Positions 37,238-50,386 of a DNA stretch of 64,000 bases are shown one piece after another. The stretch is from Squalus acanthias (taxonomy: Eukaryota): the NCBI GenBank assembly GCA_030390025.1, contig CM059429.1, forward strand, positions 138,198,001 to 138,262,000, read 5' to 3'. Numbering within the stretch: position 1 is the first letter of the stretch; each line of letters starts with the position of its first letter. Both the position numbers and the translations under genes were made by a program. The notes under the pieces were generated by a model, which saw only the letters and a program-made list of their open reading frames with translations, did not search any database and had not been told where the DNA came from.

Positions 37238-38782
37238 CTTGAATGTATCTGTGCAAAACCCATTTTTTTCCACCCCTCTAAATAATTTTCCCTTTTAGCG
37301 CAGAGCTCTGATTTAATGCCAGTTGATTCATAAAACAGTGGTGAACTTTTCATTGTTGCCCTTTGGCTTCTCACCTAAGTTTTTTTTTGAGAGTCATATT
37401 CACAATCCTGCATCTCAGTGTTAATATTTTCCATTTGCTATTGCCTGGTGAGGCATCTCCTGTTTCATTCTGATTTATGTTTGCTTGTCACTCTGAAAGT
37501 ATATAGCACCATTCAAGCTCTAACCTTGGAAGCACTGTTTAAGTTTCGGCTTTCAAAATATACTAGTGCACTAGTGGACCTCGCATGGCATTGCTCACGG
37601 TGAGTCCATGCTGTTTTGTAACTGGGCTAGTCAAGCTCTGATAACAACCCTTCTTCTATTTCCCAGTAGAGGTACAGACGAGTGAGGTGATCGCTATTAA
37701 TGGAAAACTGCTCACCTCTGAAAACCCAGCATTAGATGACAAGATATGTCAGTGGGGAATGAAAGAAATAGAGAGCGCTTTCTAACCCTGCTACCGCCCC
37801 CCCCAGTGACTACTGGTCAGGAATAAAGCAGACAAACTAACAGTGCTATCAGCTCTCTCATCAGGTACGCATATGACTGCGGCTGCTTCCAGTTTACTCT
37901 CTCTCCCGCCGCCCCCCCACCCCCCCTTGCCGTTTAGGACCTACTGAACCTGATTACAGAGAATTTATTTTAAATTATGAAAAGAATTTCCAGTCCTTGT
38001 AGGCAGTGTTTAAGTGTATCGTTTTCTCGGGGACCGTACACTTTCAGTGACACTAACAATCTAAATAAAAATTAAACTAAGATGGATCTTCAGGCTGCGG
38101 TCATTGTAGAAGATTGACGCGAAGGTTTAGTTAAGCAGGGTGATGTGAGGCAGGTGTAAGAGGGAGAATTTTGTCTTGTAAAATGTTATTGATGATTTTT
38201 TGTAGAGCGTGACTGCATAAGTGTTAACCAATGAAAAAGAAGAAAAATGACGTGAGACTGTTACAGAGACATAAAGGGCAGAATTTTCATTGACCCTTGG
38301 AGGCGTGTGGGGGGTTAAAATTGTGAAAACTGGCGGGCGGGCACACTCCCGCCTCCACGCAATTTTCATTAAATCGTGTCTGCTGGTCCCGACTCCGTCC
38401 CGCCTCCAAGAGGCGGGATAGGCCGTTAAGGCCCTTAACAAGCACTAAATTGCCTCTATAATGCCATTTTGAAAGGCCTTTGTGATTTTAACCCTTTTTC
38501 CACGTGAAGCACGCCTGTTCTGAACCACGAATGTGAAACCTGGCGGTAGCACATTTGTATTGCTGACTATCAGCTGCAGCTCAACCATGAAATAGGAGAT
38601 GTGATCAGCCATCATTTGCAGTTGGCAGGACTTTGTTGTCTGAGGTCTGGCGGAACTTTTATATGGCATAACCACAGCTGTGGAAGTTTGGAGCCTGACA
38701 CCCATCTCCAGTGTGACCTCCTGGGAAACCCCTCTCGCCACCTTGACTGAGCGCTTCCTCAGCTGAGGCATATACCAGAAGC

Positions 38783-39004
38783 ATGGGAACCATTTATTTC
38801 CTTTCCTCCTGGACATCAGATTCAGACAAGGACCAGCCGTGGCAGCAGCAGAACCATGAACAACAGCACCACCAGCAGCAGCAGCATCAACAGGAGTGCC
38901 AAGCTGCTCCTCACCCACCTGAAGCTGCACAGGCCAGAAGGCGCCAGTGCGCGACCACATTGCTGCCCGAGATGCAAGGGACGCACTTGACCAGATTTGC
39001 TTAG
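38783..39004 (+). pseudogene. Internally deleted Harbinger transposase (poly-Q N-terminus joined to C-terminal remnant)
   Basis: MGTIYFLSSWTSDSD..QQQ matches the element E N-terminus (GATYAALPWTSDEDQDEQQQQ). It is followed directly by IAARDARDAL, which resembles Harbinger transposase C-termini. Confidence 0.65.
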
Positions 39005-39254
39005 CCTGCACAATCAAACACTTTTGCCTCGCACCTTCTTATCAGACCATCGACAATGGCCAGGAACCTGCAGATTCCTATCACTCTGACCACCATACTG
39101 ACAATTGCAAGTCATCCTCAGCCCTCAATGTGGAAGTCCCATTTGCGAAATGACAGACGCCACAAGTTTGCCAGCAGAATTTTTAATCACACCAAGCAAG
39201 TGCTGGCATTTCAAGATTAAACACAACATTACACCCAAGTGACTACCCTTGTGA

Positions 39255-41206
39255 CTACTTGTGCATTATTTTTCTTTTACACGTGCTCCTACGTGGTGCT
39301 TCCCCTGTGGCTTCAGCAGATGTGGAGGCCCCTTGCTCACTTTCTTGCTGCTCCTGCCTGTGAGGGCTCGGCAACAGTCTGCTGCTCCTGCGGCTGTGCA
39401 GGGGTTGAGACGCCGATCTCAGTTGGGTGAGGACTCTGGTGGGGCTCTGACCAAGGGCATTGCAGTGGTTTGGTCGTGTGAGCGCTTGGAGAGGAGCCCC
39501 CACTTCCTTGTTGTCTGCCACCAACATCCCTCTCGTGGGTCAGCCCCACCTCAGCGCTTGCAAGTGGATTGAGAGCACCTTGCTGCACATCAGGGGGGCC
39601 ATGGGGACCTGTATCTGCACTGGAAGTCCTACTCAGAAGGACTTCCATGAAGGCCTGGTTTCTCTGTTCAATAGATGACCATCGCTCCTCCAGAGATGCC
39701 AGTCTATTCTGAACAATGACCATGTTTTCTACACTCTGGCGACTTATCTGCTCCATAGCTATCCTCTCCTACTGTAGCCATCCTTTCCACAGAGGTTGCC
39801 ATCCTTTCCGTGGTGATGCGTTTATGCGCCAATGACTCCACAAAGGCGCTGCTCATGTTCGCTATGGACTCCTCCATTCGCTCCACACTCGCAGCGGCCC
39901 TGGAGACAAAACCTGCCAGAGACTCCTGCATCTGTTCCTGGAGTTCCAGCACCGCTGATCTTATGGATGGACCCAGAGGCAGAGGGTCGACATGCAGCTA
40001 AGCCGAGCTAGGAGAGTCCTGCGCCCTCCGACTAGGACTCTCCACTGCTGTCCCTGTCTCCACTATCTGCTGATGCTCACTTGTGAGCTGTGATACACCA
40101 GGTGACAACACTTGTGAGCTGTGATACACCAGGTGACAACACTACTCTATCTCGCGATGTTCCCTCCGAGGTGTGAGTGTCTGCGCTGGTGCTGGGTGCG
40201 TTGAATTCTGCTGACGCGGCGCCCTCAGAGGTTGCAGCTTCCTCCTGAGGAGTGGTGAGGCTCATGCTCTTCCTCCTGGATGGTGGGGATGGCTGCTCGC
40301 GATGGTCCTGGGGGGGAGTAAAGGAAAGAGTCAGAGATATGAGTCCAAGGTTACATGCACATTGCATATTGCAGATGATCATAAGTCAGTCTGCTGGAGC
40401 ATCAGAATCATTATCAGTGACTCATGCAATGTCAATGAGAGAGATGATAAACTATTCTGTCACTAGGTTGCTCTGATGCACCCATCTGTCCGTCCCCCAC
40501 TTGCGCATCCTCCTCCACTCCCATGATCTCCAGGACCACCTCCTCCCAGGTGGTGAGCTGGGCTACTGAGGGTGGCCCTCCTCCTGTCCTCGCTCTTTCC
40601 CTCTTATTGTGAGCTCTCTTTTCTTGCAATGAGGGAGACAAGTGGAGTTTGAGTGAGAATGAAGGAGTGAGTGTAGAGAATCTATATCATTGATGGTTAG
40701 AAGGAGACAAATTCGGAGTGAGGTGGCAAGACCAAGGGCCCTCCCTGTGTGTTGTAAGTTGTTTTCATAGCATCACAGTGATAGGGAGTGTGAGGGCTGC
40801 ATAGTCGAATAGTTAGGTGAATGTGACCATACAGAGAGAGGGAATGGGTAAGGGTGCAGGGATGTCAGTGTCAAGTGGGATGTGGAGGAAGAGGTTGTCA
40901 AAGCTGAGTGCTGGTGAAGAGAGGCAATGGGAATCAGAATGAGGGTGATGGGAAATTCATACTCACTTTTCCAGTGCGCAGCAGGTCATGAAACCTCTTC
41001 CTGCACTGAAGCCAGGTTCTGCGGGTTATGGACAACGAGTTGACCTCCTCTTCCACCTGGATCCACACAGCCTTGGTTTGATGGGAAGGCTTCTTCCTCC
41101 CTGAAGAAGGGAAGAGCACCTCCTTATTAGCTCTGGCTCCCTCAATTAAAGCTTGCAGGGCGACGTCATCAAATCGAGGTGCAGACCTAGGTCTCTGGCT
41201 GGCCAT
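39255..41206 (-). pseudogene. Three-exon Harbinger Myb/SANT protein gene, decayed
   Basis: Exon 1 41206-40967 (240 nt), exon 2 40623-40464 (160 nt, acceptor AG changed to AA), exon 3 from 40307 with a 31-bp tandem duplication (~40078-40140) and frameshifts; ends ...EAPRRSTCKRKIMHK*. Confidence 0.85.
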
Positions 41207-41677
41207 TCTTCCTGCAGGTGCCTCTAACATGCAAAGGCAGAAGCTTGGCAGTCTGCAGAGGAAGCAAGGCTTGTTGCAGACCTTAAATGCTGCAGCAATG
41301 ATGACGTCATCGGAAGCGACTTTCAGACTGGAAAAACTCACTGGCCATGGGTTCCCACACGTTGGAACTCAATTGGCCAATTATGTTAAAATCGCATCAA
41401 TCTCCCACATCGATTTAGATTCGGGTGGCTAACACGAAATGCGGATTACACGACCCCAGCCCGCCCCTGAATCAAAATCCAGCCCAAAATGTTATATAGA
41501 TTTAAGCCAAGCAGAGTGTCTTTTTGTACATTTCTTATAAAAAATCTTTTTTAAAGCTTTTTTATTTATTCTGATACAACTACTTCCATCCCCCAAGGAT
41601 CAAAGTTTTAGGATTTCACCACCTATTTTCCTCTTGTATTTGGTGATGAATGCCCATGATAGGAGTGAAATATTCTC

Positions 41678-42131
41678 TGGGGTAATTTTAACCCCCAAAT
41701 ATGGATGGGTTTGGGTTGGGCGGGATGTTAAATGTTTTAAATCTCAAACCCGAACCCAAGCCACCTCAACACGCCCACTTCTGGTTTTAACTGAGGCAGG
41801 ACTGTGGTGGGCGACCAACCCACTCCCAGGAGGCGGGCCGCTCATTAAAATATTTTAATGAGTCAGCGTGCCTCAAATGTTATCTCGTTTCCAGCTTTAA
41901 CGCTGCATGGATGAGGTACGTGCTTTTCCAGCACTGCCTGTGGGCCACAAGGAGCTTCCTCCCCCCGGCCCCCTCGAGCTAACCTGCTTCCCTCCCCACT
42001 ATCGGAACCCCCATGATCTCCGATCCTACCACCACCCCTTGACTTCCCAATACGCTGTCAATTTCAGTGCATTTTACCACCCACCCGCTCCCAAATCCAC
42101 TCACTCTTTGATGTTAAGATTTCCCCCCCCC
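41678..42131. mobile_element. Harbinger-like MITE/remnant
   Basis: tggggtaattttaac ... gttaagatttcccccc ends; GC-rich subterminal motifs like those of elements C and E. Confidence 0.5.
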
Positions 42132-42552
42132 CAGTGTCTGTATTAAGTATTCCAAGATAATGGTCATGGGTTAAATGCAGAGTAAAGATCCCTCAGCACA
42201 AACAGTACACCTTTACCCTAATCTCATAAGAGCAACTCCTATTTTACTAATGTGACATTTCCTTTTCCCACACCCGTCATGCTTGTTAACTTTATAAATG
42301 AGACTGTTTTGGAATTTAAGCAGTTTTAGATATGGACTCCGCCTAGTAGGAAGACTGAGATTGCTCAAACCCCATTTCACATGGAACCCTCCAAATGGTA
42401 AAGAGAGGAGACTTTCAGTGCAGTCTTTGATGGATTCAAACCCAGGCCCCAAAGGGTCTGAGTTTTTACAATTATTTTCAGATGAAGATTACATTTTTGT
42501 AAAGTAGTTGTCATAACATTAACATTAATTTTATTTTTACATAGTTACTTAT

Positions 42553-42843
42553 CTTGAGCATCCCTGATTTTAATCGCTCAACCATTGGTGGCCGTGCCTT
42601 CAGCTACCAAGGCGCTAAGCTCAGGAATTCCCTCCCTAAATCTCTCTGCCTCTCTACCTCTCTTTCCTCCTTTAAGATGCTCCTTAAAACCTACCTCTTT
42701 GACCAAGCTTTTGGTCACCTGCCCTAATTTCTCTTATGTGGCTTGGTGTCAAATTTTTTGTCTTTTGATACTCCTGTGAAGCGCCGTGGGACGTTTTACT
42801 ACGTTAAAGGTGCTATATAAATACAAGTTGTTGTTATTATTAT
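42553..42843 (+). mobile_element. L2 LINE 3' end
   Basis: Same tail as 18600-18866. Confidence 0.8.
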
Positions 42844-45439
42844 TTGGATGAATATTATTTATTTCTGCCAGACACATTACAGAAGAAGTGCGGTGGAACT
42901 GGGTTTCCTCCCCATTTCCAGAAAAGATATGGTGGTGGAGTGGGAGTAGCTCTGAGGAAATTCTGGGTCTAGTCTTTTTTAAAACATTTTTCCCCTCCAG
43001 GTCTCTTCCCGTTACCCTACTTTTCCTGAAAGCGGTAACTTTTCATGGGCACTTGTAGTCCTCTGATACCATACCACTCCAAGGGACCATTCTTTAGGTA
43101 TAAGTCTGGATCAGCAGGTCATTCCACTGTGGGGAGAAGAGCTTTTCCAATGGCTATTAGTGCATCCGGGTGGATGATTTAATGCAATGTTGTCATAAAC
43201 TGATAGAAGTATCTGCTAAAATAGCCCTCCACTCTACAACATGGAGACTTCCCCGTCTCACAGTTTATTGCAAACAACCTTATTTGCCCTCGTTCAAACA
43301 TTTACCGGAATACATTGATGATTTCCAGGGATACCTTAGGTTTAGATAAAACATTGGCTTTAAGATGCCCCATCTCTAGCTGGTGGTCTTCTGATGTGTT
43401 TCATTGATTTGTACCTATTGCAATGGAATAATGTTTTCTACTAAATATTGTTTGCCAGTAAATTTCTATTCTATTTTCCATTTCATCACCACAACCTTTT
43501 TATAGCTCCATCTGCTCCTTGGTGATCTCTCTCATGACACGCTGCCAGGAGAGTTGTTTTAGTAAAGAGCATTTATGATGAGCTATTTCATTGTTGGTCG
43601 AAAAAATGTTTTAAATCATTCTCAGTCATTGAGTAAGCCCAGCTACTTTCATAGAGAATAGTTCTATTTTGGCTTGTGTTGAAATCAGCAGAGTAACATC
43701 CTGTTCACCCCCTGCTTATGTTTGTAGGTTTTGTGCTATTTGATAATTATTAAAGGCACATTCTATTAAAGCCCCAACGCTGCTGAATCGATGAGTATTA
43801 GATGATGTGAAAACTATGTTGCAATTAATTCTGTTGAGTAATTGTGGTTTCTGAGTTAACAATATCTGCGTACACGGAGAGATCCATTACTGATCATTTT
43901 AAGTATGTGTAACACAGCAGGAGAAGGTTTTCTCTTGGTCTGTCTGACTGTTTAATGCACATCCTTGTCTGTAATCCAAATATTCTGGCTTTGTGCTTAC
44001 AGAACTCTAGTCCCAGTTTTCCAACCTAGCAGCAGGACACCCTCTTCAGCATGCGGTGACTGTGTTGTTAGCACTGTAAAAGATTACTTAGTGTTGGTAC
44101 CGGGGGGATTTTAATAACGCCGTAAGCAAAATGTTAAAAACTTCTCAAGAACCTCTATTATTTTAATTTAAAAAAAAAACAGGTCTCCCTCAGTTAACCT
44201 GAAAAGAACAAATGATCTTTTGTATGTGTAGATTAAAGTAGAGATTTAAAAAAAAAGTAAAACCACCATTACTGGAAATCTGAAGTAAAAACATTACGGG
44301 AAATAGACAGCAGGCCTGTTAGTGTCTGAAAGAGAAATAGGTTAATGTTTCAGGTGGGATTCTGGTTGGCATGAGCTTGGCTCATCTAGATCAGGAAGAT
44401 CCCAATAATGTCCTGTGATTCATTGTAAGCAAGAACACTTCTTGCTTTGATTCCTGTGGGGGGTTGGGGCGGGGGTGAGGGGGGACTTAGAGGCCTCCTG
44501 CTCGACAGAAATGGGGCTGTAGGCCCCCCTGAAATTTGTTGGTTATGTTCCCGATTTACATATTAAAAAGGCCTAACTGCCTGACTCAGATGGGCAGTCT
44601 GGCTGCCCAGTGGTTGGCCTTTGGGAAGTTAGCGTCACCTGCACTGTCAGCAGGAACACTAATCTGCCCCTCCCAAAACAAGCAGCATTTCAACCACACC
44701 CGCTCCCCTCCCCACACAGAGAAGCATTTCCCTGCGCTCCACTCCCCAATTAGTGCCATTTTCTCCCCCACCACCTCGCTGATCCAGCATTTTCAGCCTC
44801 GGCACCCACGTCACCTGAACCCTACATTTGATCTTGACTCCTTATGTGCAATGCCACAGGAGATCAACTAATATATTTTAAATGCACTTGGTGCCAACCT
44901 TTACCATTATAAATTCCTATGTCCACACTTATAATGGGAACTGCCGATGTAAGCTTGCTGTCATGTAATTGTACTTTCCCACCAATGGTGACATTGTAGC
45001 AGCTTATTTTTTTGCATCTCCCACCTCCTCAACCGGCACTGCAGATAAACTCCTGTGCTCCAACCAACTCTGCTTTTACAGTAGTGTGTGCTTGGGATGT
45101 GTGGGTGGGTCTGGCGGTGTAGGGGAAAGGAGGTAAGATGATGTTTGGGGTGTAGACTCTTCATCAGAAAACAGCACTGGTGAGGCTCTGTGCCCATCGT
45201 GTTGACTGCTTTTTTTCCCCCTTCTCTTCTCAGGACTGGATGACCAAGTGCATTTTGCCAACATTTTCTGTTTTAAATTCAGATCTGCTACATTTAAGAC
45301 TCCATGCTTTTTTTTTGTCTTTTCACACTCCACTATTTACACATTCTTTTGTCATTTATATGTATCTGCCTCACCTCAATGATTGTATTTTAAATCAACT
45401 AACAGGTGTCTATTTAGCAATTTGCAGGTCATTCCACCC

Positions 45440-47320
45440 ATATTGATATTGTTAACAGTTCTCTCTCCTCAGGTACTGACCCCCTCTCCTTCAAATCTGC
45501 CGTTATCACACCTTTCCTCAAAAATAAACCCTTGACCCCTCCATCCTTGCAAACTACCGCCCCATCTCCAACCTCCCTTTCCTCTCCAAAGCCCTTGAAT
45601 GTGTTGTCGCCTCCAAAATCCGTGCCCATCTTTCCCGCAACTCCATGTTTGAATCCCTCCAATCAGGTTTCCGCCCCTGCCACAGCACTGAAACGGCTCT
45701 CATCAAAGTCACAAATGACATCCTTTGTGACTGTGATAAAGGTGAACTATCCCTCCTCGTCCTTCTCGACCTGTCTGCAGCCTTTGACATGGTTGACCAC
45801 TCCATCCTCCTCCAACGTCTCTCCACCGTCGTCCAGCTGGGTGTGACTACACTTCCCTGGTTCCATTCTTATCTATCTAATCGTAGCCATAGAATCACCT
45901 GCAATGGCTTCTCTTCCTGCTCCTGCATCGTAACCTCTGGTGTCCCCCAAGGATCTATCCTTGGTCCCCTCCTACTTCTCATCTACATGTTGCCCCTTGG
46001 CGACATCATCCGAAAACACAGCGTCAGTTTCCACATGTACGCTGACGACACCCAGTTCTACCTCACTACCTCTTCTCTCGACCCCTCCACGGTCTATAAA
46101 TTGTCAGACTTCTTGTCCGACATCCTGTACTGGATGAGCAGAAATTTCCTCCAACTAAATATTGTGAAGACCGAAGCCATTGTCTTCGGTCCCCGTCACA
46201 ATCTCCGTTCCCTAGCCACTGACTCCATCCCTCTCCTTAGCATCAGTCTGATGCTGAACCAGACTGTTCGCGACCTTGGTGTCATATTTGACCCTGAAAT
46301 GCGCTTCCAACCACATATCTGCCATCACTAAGACTACCTATTTCCACCTCCGTAACATCGCCCGTCTCCACCCCTGCCTCAGCTCATCTGCTGCTGAAAC
46401 CCTCATCCATGCCTGTGTTACCTCTAGACGTGACTATTCCAATATACTCCTGGCTGGCCTCCCACGTTCTACCCTACGTAAACTTAAGGTCATCCAAAAC
46501 TCAGCTGCCCATGTCCTAACTCGCATCAAGTCCCATTCGCCCATCACCCCTATGCTCGCTGACCTACATTAGCTCCCGGTTAAGCAACGCCTCGATTTTA
46601 AAATTCTCAACCTTGTTTTGAAATCCCTCCATGGCCTCGCCGCTCCCTGTAATCTGTAATAATCTCCAGCCCCACAGCCTCCCGAGATATCGGTGCTCCT
46701 ATAATTTTGGCCTCTTGAGCAGCCCTGATCTAATCGCTCCACCATTGGTGGCCGTGCCTTCAGTTGCCAAGACCCTAAGCTCTGGAATTCCCTCCCTAAA
46801 CCTCTCTACCTCTCTTTCCTCCTTTAAGATGCTCCTTAAAATCTACCTCTTTGACCACGCTTTTGATCATAGAAACATAGAAACATAGAAAATAGGTACA
46901 GGAGTAGACCATTCGGTCCTTTGAGCCTGCACCACCATTCAATGCGTTCATGGCTGAACATGCTACCTCAGTACCCCATTCCTGCTTTCTCGCCATACCC
47001 CTTGATCCCCCTAGTTGTGAGTGTTATATCTAACTCCCTTTTGAATATATTTAGCGAACTGGCCTCAACAACCTTCTGTGGAAGAGAATTCCATAGATTC
47101 ACCACTCTCTGGGTGAAGAAGTTCCTCCTCAGCTGTCTTAAATGGCTTCCCCTTAATCCTTAGACTGTGACCCCTGGTTCTAGTTTTCCCTAACATTGGG
47201 AACATTCAGCCTTAATTTCTCTTTACGTGGCTTGGCGTCAAATTTTGTTTAATACAACTCCTGTGAAGCGCCTTGGGATGTTTTGCTGTGTTAAATAAAA
47301 CGATATAAGTCCAAGTTATT
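45440..47320 (+). mobile_element. 5'-truncated L2 LINE (RT to 3' end), interrupted by a CR1 fragment
   Basis: LQSGFRPCHSTETAL, LLDLSAAFDMVDH, GVPQGSILGP, YADDTQ, LIHACVTSRRDYSN. Confidence 0.92.
46868..47207 (-). mobile_element. CR1 3' fragment nested in the L2
   Basis: (ATAGAAAC)n tail and CR1 3' stem; L2 sequence resumes after it. Confidence 0.8.
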
Positions 47321-47424
47321 GATGTTTTTGTATTTACTCTTTTTTATAGACATATCTGTTGATTCTCTCCCTCTTCCCACTTTTCACTTTTATTCCAATT
47401 TACTAACTTGTCTGTTTATCTTTC

Positions 47425-47555
47425 AGTCTTCATTTCTGAGGAAATGTTACACATGCAAAACATTAATAACCTGTCTTTTCTCTCTACTGATGCTGACTGA
47501 TCTGTGTATTTCCAGTATTTTCTGCTGTTATTTCAGATTTCCATCATTTGCTGCT
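47425..47555 (+). mobile_element. Degraded Penelope terminal fragment
   Basis: Homologous to 61808-61915 and 62123-62213. Confidence 0.5.
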
Positions 47556-50386
47556 GTTTTTTTTCCTCCCGTTTTTATATATTTTTATTGCAGGATACCA
47601 TAGAGGTTTAAAATCAGCAGAAGAGAAAACAAAGATAAATCAGAAAGTAGTCATTAAGTGTGGATTTTAAAAACCTGAAAATTGTAAGAGGGAGGAAAGA
47701 TCGAGGGGTGCAAGGTGTTCCAGTTTTGGAGTCCTGGGAAAGAATGAGTGGGTACACATTGGAAGATATCTGGGCAGGGCAGAGTATCATTACGGCCCAA
47801 TTGCGCTTCGTCCTGACATGTTCGTGCTATAGTGGGGACTGCTGCTTTATGTCTCTAAGAGATGCTAATCACCTTATCGTGCAAAGGACTGCCAAATACC
47901 CAGGCTGCAATCATAATGCCGTCATTCTGCGGTAGTCCTCTATTCCATCCTTGCTAACAGATTGGCACTTGCTCACAAACAGCGCTGCCTTTCGCTCCTG
48001 GTCTTACTGCAGCAGCAGTTTAATGGCCATCAGCTGAAAGCAGGGTGTCCGCTTCTTCCTCAACTGTTGCCAGACAACCGGCATAACCGGCTATATCACT
48101 GACAAAGACAGAACTTACACTTATAAAGCATCTTTCACGACCTGGGGATGCCCCAATGCACTTCACAACCAGTGAAGTATTTTTGAGGGGTAGTGACTGT
48201 TATAATGTGGGGAAACTCAGCGGCTAATTTGCGCACAGCAAATTCACAAGTGACAACCGGAACCAGACAATACAAATAAAGAGGCCGAATGCTGCAAGAC
48301 AATAAAATCACAGATCAATTATAGCTAGTCAGAAACCGAAGTGGAGATATTGCAGCTAGCCCATCGTGATAGCAGCCAGGCACAAAAACAATGTGCCTTC
48401 AATCTGCTGTAAGTCTTTAAGATCTCCTCCAGCAATTCCTGGCCCTGAAATTGCTTCCTCTGGAGAGTGGGCTTGTGCCCAACAGCAAGACACCATATAC
48501 AGCAGGCACCCGGCCGCTCCACTCAGATGTGACCCGAGAGAGGAAATGTGTATGCATTGGGGAAACGGCCTGATAGAGCACGCCTTCTCTGCTCTGCCTG
48601 CTGCGAGCTCGGGCACAGGCCACAAAGGAAAATCAGCCCTGTAATGTTCTGAGTGACGCACCTGGTTTTTTTTTACGGATAAATGTGTAAATGAGCAGCA
48701 GGCTTCCGTATAAAGATCGCTGTTCTCAAAAGAATCCTTTTGGTATTTGCACTGAGCCTGCTGACAATTGGCAGTGTTGCCGGGTCAGCTAATTTATACC
48801 AGTTGCACACTCCCGTCAAGCATTTAAAATGAAGTAGAATGTAGCTTTGATACAATGTAGAGCTTCCCTTACATTGTACTGATCAAATACCAGAAGAGCA
48901 CACTTTTTGATATCCAAGCTGATTATCATTATCACTTTTGTGCATTTGGCAAATTAATAGCGATGTGCTGAATTTGAGAGCATTACTTCAGGCTCCAGTT
49001 TCCGTGTCAGCGACGGCAAGGATGGGTTCCTCTTGATGAATGAGGTCTGCAGCACTTTGTTCAGGATCAGATTAAGGTTACTAAATTTATCCATCCCAAA
49101 ATACTGCCGTCACTCCTGCTACCCCGCTGCTGCGCACCACTGCGGGTATCAGCAGAGCTTTTAATTGGTTTTTGGCTCACAAGTCAGGTTTTGAAATGTA
49201 CTGGTCCTTATCCCCAAACTCTGCCCATCCAGCTTCAGGCTTTGACTAGGTTCACAGGGCTACAGTCGGCTGTGCCAGTGTTTCAACTTAATTACACAGT
49301 TCACGCCAACTTTGAACAGATGGTCTGATTAAAAATAAAATGTGCAAATGAGCCATCTTTCTCTAATGAGCTTTTGTATTTCATCAATCTATAGCAAGCT
49401 CCAGAAGTTTATACAAATGTTATTTTGTTCTCAGTTTTTAAACCCTGTAAATTAGTAAAGACTGTCAGGAAGTTGGGTTGGCTCCTTTTTGAAGATCAAT
49501 ATTATTTGTGCCTCTCACAATATGCACATTTTCTAATCTATAATATTTGTAAAATGGATTTTCTATAACATTTTAATGCTGATTTTTAAGTTTATTTAAA
49601 AGATTTGAAGAGATATTATTTTGCAGAGTCTCTGAATATAAAAAAAATACATTTTAGAAGAGTTGCTACTTTGTGACTCAACCTCCTGCTCTTCCCTTCC
49701 CCCCACGACAAATGCCTCTTATAAGCTCAACACATTATTAGTTGAGAATTTGCAAGAATTCCCAAAACTTTCCAAACAAAAGTATATTTCATGAGCACCA
49801 GAAATATTATTGATGCAAATCACTTGCATCTCCTCTCCTATGTATGATTTTTCAAGAAAGATTTCCCCCCACATATGAACTTACGATGAGGAAGTTGATT
49901 ATTGACTCCTGAAAGAGGAGTTGGAGGGGTATAGGTTTGGGGAGGGAAGAAACTGTTCAAGTGGGTCACTGTGTAAACTGGATGGGATCAAAGGCCTTTT
50001 GTTGTTCCTCTATTTTTCTGTTCTTTATCCATTTAATTTATTTTGTTTTGCCGTTCCTTTGTAAAGCACCGAGCAACGTTTTCTGTGTTAAAGGCTCTTT
50101 ATAAATGCAATTTGCTGTTCTTCCGACTTTCAGGAAAACATCATGGGGGTGAAATTGGATAATACCAGTCCGCTGGCATGCATTGGGTGCAGGGAACGAT
50201 CCCTGTGTCTCAACGGGTAGGTCTAAGGCACTTCTATTAGACTGGTGAGCTGCAGACGCCTGCTACGTGTCCCGAGGCAGTTGCCAGCGAGGTGGATTTA
50301 AACAATTTTGCCCGAGGGGGAGGTGATCGGGAGGGTGCCGACTGGAGGCCAACAGTAGTCTTCGAACATCTGCTCCTCCCGGCTCC

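Larger units (their letters stand above)
38276..41485 (-). mobile_element. PIF/Harbinger element D: Myb gene (-) plus transposase reduced to fused N- and C-termini (+)
   Basis: TIRs GGGCAGAATTTTCATT / AATCAAAATCCAGCCC; AAA TSD on both sides. Confidence 0.88.

Noticed and set aside
38783-39004. Poly-Q micro-protein gene
   Set aside because: Explained as a deleted transposase remnant; the same N-terminus occurs in element E.
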